A stretch of DNA of 41,081 nt from a virus. Lineage: Duplodnaviria; Heunggongvirae; Uroviricota; Caudoviricetes. A program made the position numbers and the translations under genes. Numbering within the stretch: the first letter of the stretch is position 1; each line of letters opens with the position of its first letter. The stretch is from IMG/VR virus record IMGVR_UViG_646206259_000005; one strand, written 5' to 3'. The notes beneath the pieces were generated by a model, which worked only from the letters and a program-made list of their open reading frames with translations, was not told where the DNA came from and ran no database searches. Below are positions 38,634-41,081 of this stretch, one piece after another.

Positions 38634-39152
38634 ATGAAACAAATGTCACTAATTGAGATGGATGGTTTTCTGAAAGGTAAATGCATCCCAAGTGATTTAA
38701 AGGTTAACGAAACAAACGCTGAATACCTTGTCCGTAAGTTCGGCGAACTTGAATCAAAACTGGAAACGGCGTTGCGGGAGTGTAGTTCTGCTGGAATCAC
38801 GATTGATAACCTTGAGGCTAAATGCGCGAAGATGGCTGCTGAAAATACCTCACTTAAGCAATCTGAGAAGGAATTTAATGACTTTTGTCGTGAGGAGTTT
38901 AGCGAATGGGAAGATGATGTTACTGAAACCCCAGCCACCGATGCTTTTCTGGCTGAAGTGCGGGCGCAGGGGGTGGATGCTGCTATAGAAGCTGCAAAAA
39001 ATCTGGTGGCCCAAGAATATGAGTATAAGGATTTCAAAGCGGCGCAGAGTGATTGCTGTATGCACCCTGGTTCAGACCTGGTAGGGAAGGTTGAAATGAC
39101 TGAGTGGTTAGTTGACTTTGCTGCCCAGCTTCGCAAAGGAGGCAACCAGTGA
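38634..39152 (+). CDS. Hypothetical early protein (ATG start chosen at MKQMS)
   Basis: ORF track ORF 38616..39152; internal ATG more plausible. Confidence 0.4.
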   Translation: MKQMSLIEMDGFLKGKCIPSDLKVNETNAEYLVRKFGELESKLETALRECSSAGITIDNLEAKCAKMAAENTSLKQSEKEFNDFCREEFSEWEDDVTETPATDAFLAEVRAQGVDAAIEAAKNLVAQEYEYKDFKAAQSDCCMHPGSDLVGKVEMTEWLVDFAAQLRKGGNQ

Positions 39153-39448
39153 CTGTATGTCTTATTGATAAACGTCGACGTGGGCAACAAATACCATCTG
39201 TTGAAATGCCGAATCACACATGGTTTTGCGTACTTGATATCGATGGTATGGATACGTTGGTTGACACTCGTCATTACTGCGATACCGCAACAGCTACTCC
39301 GGCGAAAGCAAAGAAAATGGCTGCTCTGATAGAAAACTGGACTCCACCTGATGGTTGGTGCAATGGGAATGATCGAGATTGGCACGAAAAAATGAAGGGC
39401 TATATCTGCGATTTTTTACGTAAATGCAACGGCTTCAGGGGGATGTGA
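39149..39448 (+). CDS. Hypothetical early protein
   Basis: 99-aa ORF overlapping neighbours by 4 nt. Confidence 0.4.
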   Translation: MTVCLIDKRRRGQQIPSVEMPNHTWFCVLDIDGMDTLVDTRHYCDTATATPAKAKKMAALIENWTPPDGWCNGNDRDWHEKMKGYICDFLRKCNGFRGM

Positions 39449-39449
39449 T

Positions 39450-40022
39450 ATGACCAAAATTAACTATCAGGCACTGCGTGAGGCGGCAGAACGTGCAATT
39501 CCGGCAATGGAACGCCTGTTAATGTTGCCAGTTGATGATGATTTGTTAAGTGAACAGGAACTTAAGGATTACGGTGTGGATATTGATGCGCTCAACGCCT
39601 TCAAATTTCTGACCGGACCAGAAACCGTGCTGGCGCTGCTGGATGAACGGGAAAGAAACCAGCAATACATCAAACGCCGCGACCAGGAGAACGAGGAAAT
39701 TGCGCTAACGGTAGGGAAGCTGCGCGTTGAGCTGGAAGCTGCAGAGAAGCGCATTGCAGAACTGGAAGCCGAACCTGTAAGCCAAACTTACAAGTTGAAC
39801 GAGCTGTCGGGCAACTATCCGGTAACTCCGGATGGTTGGATAAGCTGTAGTGAGCGAATGCCCGCTCAAGATGATTGGATTTTAATTTATTCAAAGCACG
39901 GCGAGTATATGGCAGGACAGGTACAAGGGGAATACGTGGAGTTGAGCGACGGCACTTTATCGTGGTTAGGGAACGCCTTGTACTGGATGCCTCTACCGGA
40001 ACCGCCGCAGGAGGTTAATTGA
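39450..40022 (+). CDS. Ea22-like protein with DUF551-like C-terminus
   Basis: C-terminal WISCSERMP...ILIYSKHGEY...LYWMPLPEPP resembles DUF551. Confidence 0.5.
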   Translation: MTKINYQALREAAERAIPAMERLLMLPVDDDLLSEQELKDYGVDIDALNAFKFLTGPETVLALLDERERNQQYIKRRDQENEEIALTVGKLRVELEAAEKRIAELEAEPVSQTYKLNELSGNYPVTPDGWISCSERMPAQDDWILIYSKHGEYMAGQVQGEYVELSDGTLSWLGNALYWMPLPEPPQEVN

Positions 40023-40306
40023 TGGTCTCCTTCGCGAAATATACGATTATTGACTGGATAGCATTCATTCAGGTTTTGCTCATCTGGTTTTATATGGCTT
40101 ACAGGAGTGGACAGTGGATTGTCAGTGTAGCCTGTAGCAATGGATGGCGTTGGTGGAACCGGAAGAATAAAAAAGCGCTGGCCTTGGATTCGTTTTACGA
40201 AGCATTCAATCTTAACAGCCTTAAGCCTGGTTCTGTCGTTGTAGTCACCACTCAAAGCGGCATGACGATACAAATTCACAAGCCAAAGGAGGAAGGTCGT
40301 GGCTAA
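40019..40306 (+). CDS. Hypothetical small membrane protein
   Basis: 95 aa with hydrophobic N-terminal half. Confidence 0.4.
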   Translation: MMVSFAKYTIIDWIAFIQVLLIWFYMAYRSGQWIVSVACSNGWRWWNRKNKKALALDSFYEAFNLNSLKPGSVVVVTTQSGMTIQIHKPKEEGRG

Positions 40307-40583
40307 CCTGCAACTTGCCGTCAAAGGTGAATACTTCGATGCCATGATTCGCGGAGAGAAAACGGAAGAGTATCGCCTGTGTAATGACTACTGGAATAAG
40401 CGAATTATGTTCCGCGAGTATGACCGCCTGATTATCACGAAGGGATATCCGAAGCGCGACGATTCCAGCCGCAGAATTGATGTTCCGTATGGTGGATATG
40501 AAATCAAGACAATCACACATCCGCACTTCGGCGATAAACCGGTAAAGGTGTTCGCTATAAAGGTGAATATCGACAATGAATGA
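40299..40583 (+). CDS. ASCH/DUF3850-like small protein
   Basis: KGEYFDAMIRGEKTEEYR motif resembling ASCH-like domains. Confidence 0.4.
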   Translation: MANLQLAVKGEYFDAMIRGEKTEEYRLCNDYWNKRIMFREYDRLIITKGYPKRDDSSRRIDVPYGGYEIKTITHPHFGDKPVKVFAIKVNIDNE

Positions 40584-40655
40584 TAATCCTCGCACTCGCG
40601 GGGATTTCTTTTATCTGAACTCGCTACGGCGGGTTTTGTTTTATGGAGATGATAA

Positions 40656-40823
40656 ATGCACTTCCGAGTCACAGGTGAATGGAATGGAGAGCCATTCAAC
40701 AGAGTTATCGAAGCAGAGAACATCAACGACTGCTATGACCACTGGATGCTGTGGGCGCAGATAGCACATGCAGACGTAACTAATATTCGAATTGAAGAAC
40801 TGAAAGAACACCAAGCCGCCTGA
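40656..40823 (+). CDS. Small hypothetical protein (55 aa), not in ORF track
   Basis: Hand-translated MHFRVTGEWNGEPFNRVIEAENINDCYDHWMLWAQIAHADVTNIRIEELKEHQAA with GGAGA RBS; overlaps alternative-frame ORF 40576..40764. Confidence 0.35.
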   Translation: MHFRVTGEWNGEPFNRVIEAENINDCYDHWMLWAQIAHADVTNIRIEELKEHQAA

Positions 40824-40838
40824 TGGCGGTTTTTTATT
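40815..40838 (+). terminator. Rho-independent terminator upstream of xis-like gene
   Basis: GCCGCC-tgat-GGCGGT then TTTTTTATT. Confidence 0.5.
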
Positions 40839-40845
40839 GCCTGAT

Positions 40846-40861
40846 TTGCAGGTTCGATTCC
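40846..40861 (+). other. 16-nt tRNA T-arm-like motif TTGCAGGTTCGATTCC (matches argW T-arm as I recall it); candidate att core or att remnant
   Basis: Direct read; comparison to argW is from memory and unverified; flanks do not complete a tRNA. Confidence 0.3.
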
Positions 40862-40880
40862 CTATTCGGAGATAGCACTC

Positions 40881-41081
40881 ATGCAACACGAACTACAACC
40901 TGATTCACTGGTTGATTTGAAATTCATCATGGCCGATACTGGCTTCGGTAAAACCTTCATCTATGACCGGATTAAGTCCGGCGACCTGCCAAAAGCCAAA
41001 GTTATCCACGGGCGAGCAAGATGGTTATATCGTGACCATTGTGAATTCAAAAATAAGCTCTTAAGCCGCGCCAATGGGTAA
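40881..41081 (+). CDS. xis: AlpA/Xis-family excisionase-like DNA-binding protein
   Basis: 66 aa; TG...IYDRIKSGDLPKA...GRARWLYRD pattern like AlpA/Vis excisionases; last gene of leftward early operon. Confidence 0.7.
   Translation: MQHELQPDSLVDLKFIMADTGFGKTFIYDRIKSGDLPKAKVIHGRARWLYRDHCEFKNKLLSRANG

Larger units (their letters stand above)
1..41081. mobile_element. Temperate phage genome / prophage, P22-like morphogenesis with lambda-like regulatory and lysis modules (CUS-3-like)
   Basis: Gene content and order from integrase through xis-like gene; P22 gene order 3-2-1-8-5-4-10-26-14-7-20-16 on minus strand; immI mnt/arc/ant; lambda-like N, ral, Q, S, R. Confidence 0.9.

Noticed and set aside
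40576-40764. 62-aa ORF from the ORF track, overlapping the hand-called 55-aa ORF in another frame
   Set aside because: Low-complexity translation; the 55-aa frame has the better RBS and the following terminator, though neither is certain
1-41081. Retron, CRISPR-Cas, restriction-modification or other large defence operons
   Set aside because: No reverse transcriptase, Cas, methyltransferase or nuclease signatures seen in any frame; candidate defence functions are limited to the small cargo genes reported in the findings

Overview
The window reads as a complete mosaic lambdoid / P22-like temperate phage genome, most likely a CUS-3-like prophage of a polysialic-acid (K1-type) encapsulated E. 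coli. All calls come from reading the sequence and ORF translations against remembered protein families; no searches were run. Left end: a P4/IntS-type tyrosine integrase (+), then a convergent O-acetyltransferase whose 5' end carries 21 tandem AAGACTC heptanucleotides (neuO-like phase-variation tract, currently in frame), then a tailspike with a P22 gp9-like head-binding N-terminus, a sialidase-type Asp-box domain and a C-terminal intramolecular-chaperone domain. Next comes a P22-type immI region (ant, arc, mnt) and the P22-order morphogenesis cluster on the minus strand (gp16, 20, 7, 14, 26, 10, 4, coat, scaffold, portal, TerL, TerS). Then Rha, a lambda-like lysis cassette (S, R, Rz/Rz1), two tRNA genes, tR', pR', Q, a nin region with RusA, a primase-helicase and O-like initiator with iterons, cII, cro-like, OR, a non-lambda CI repressor, OL/nutL, lambda-like N (interrupted by a 20-N assembly gap), ral, sieB-like, Erf and accessory genes, ending in an AlpA/Xis-like gene. 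The best candidates for undescribed biology are lysogeny-side cargo: (1) at the immI/gene-16 junction, a ClpP-family peptidase co-transcribed with mnt, a Panacea(DUF4065)-domain gene followed 5 bp later by an unassigned 140-aa partner (candidate toxin-antitoxin or abortive-infection pair), and a signal-peptide protein with a long leader; (2) a small membrane protein translationally coupled to the 3' end of cI at the rexAB-equivalent position.
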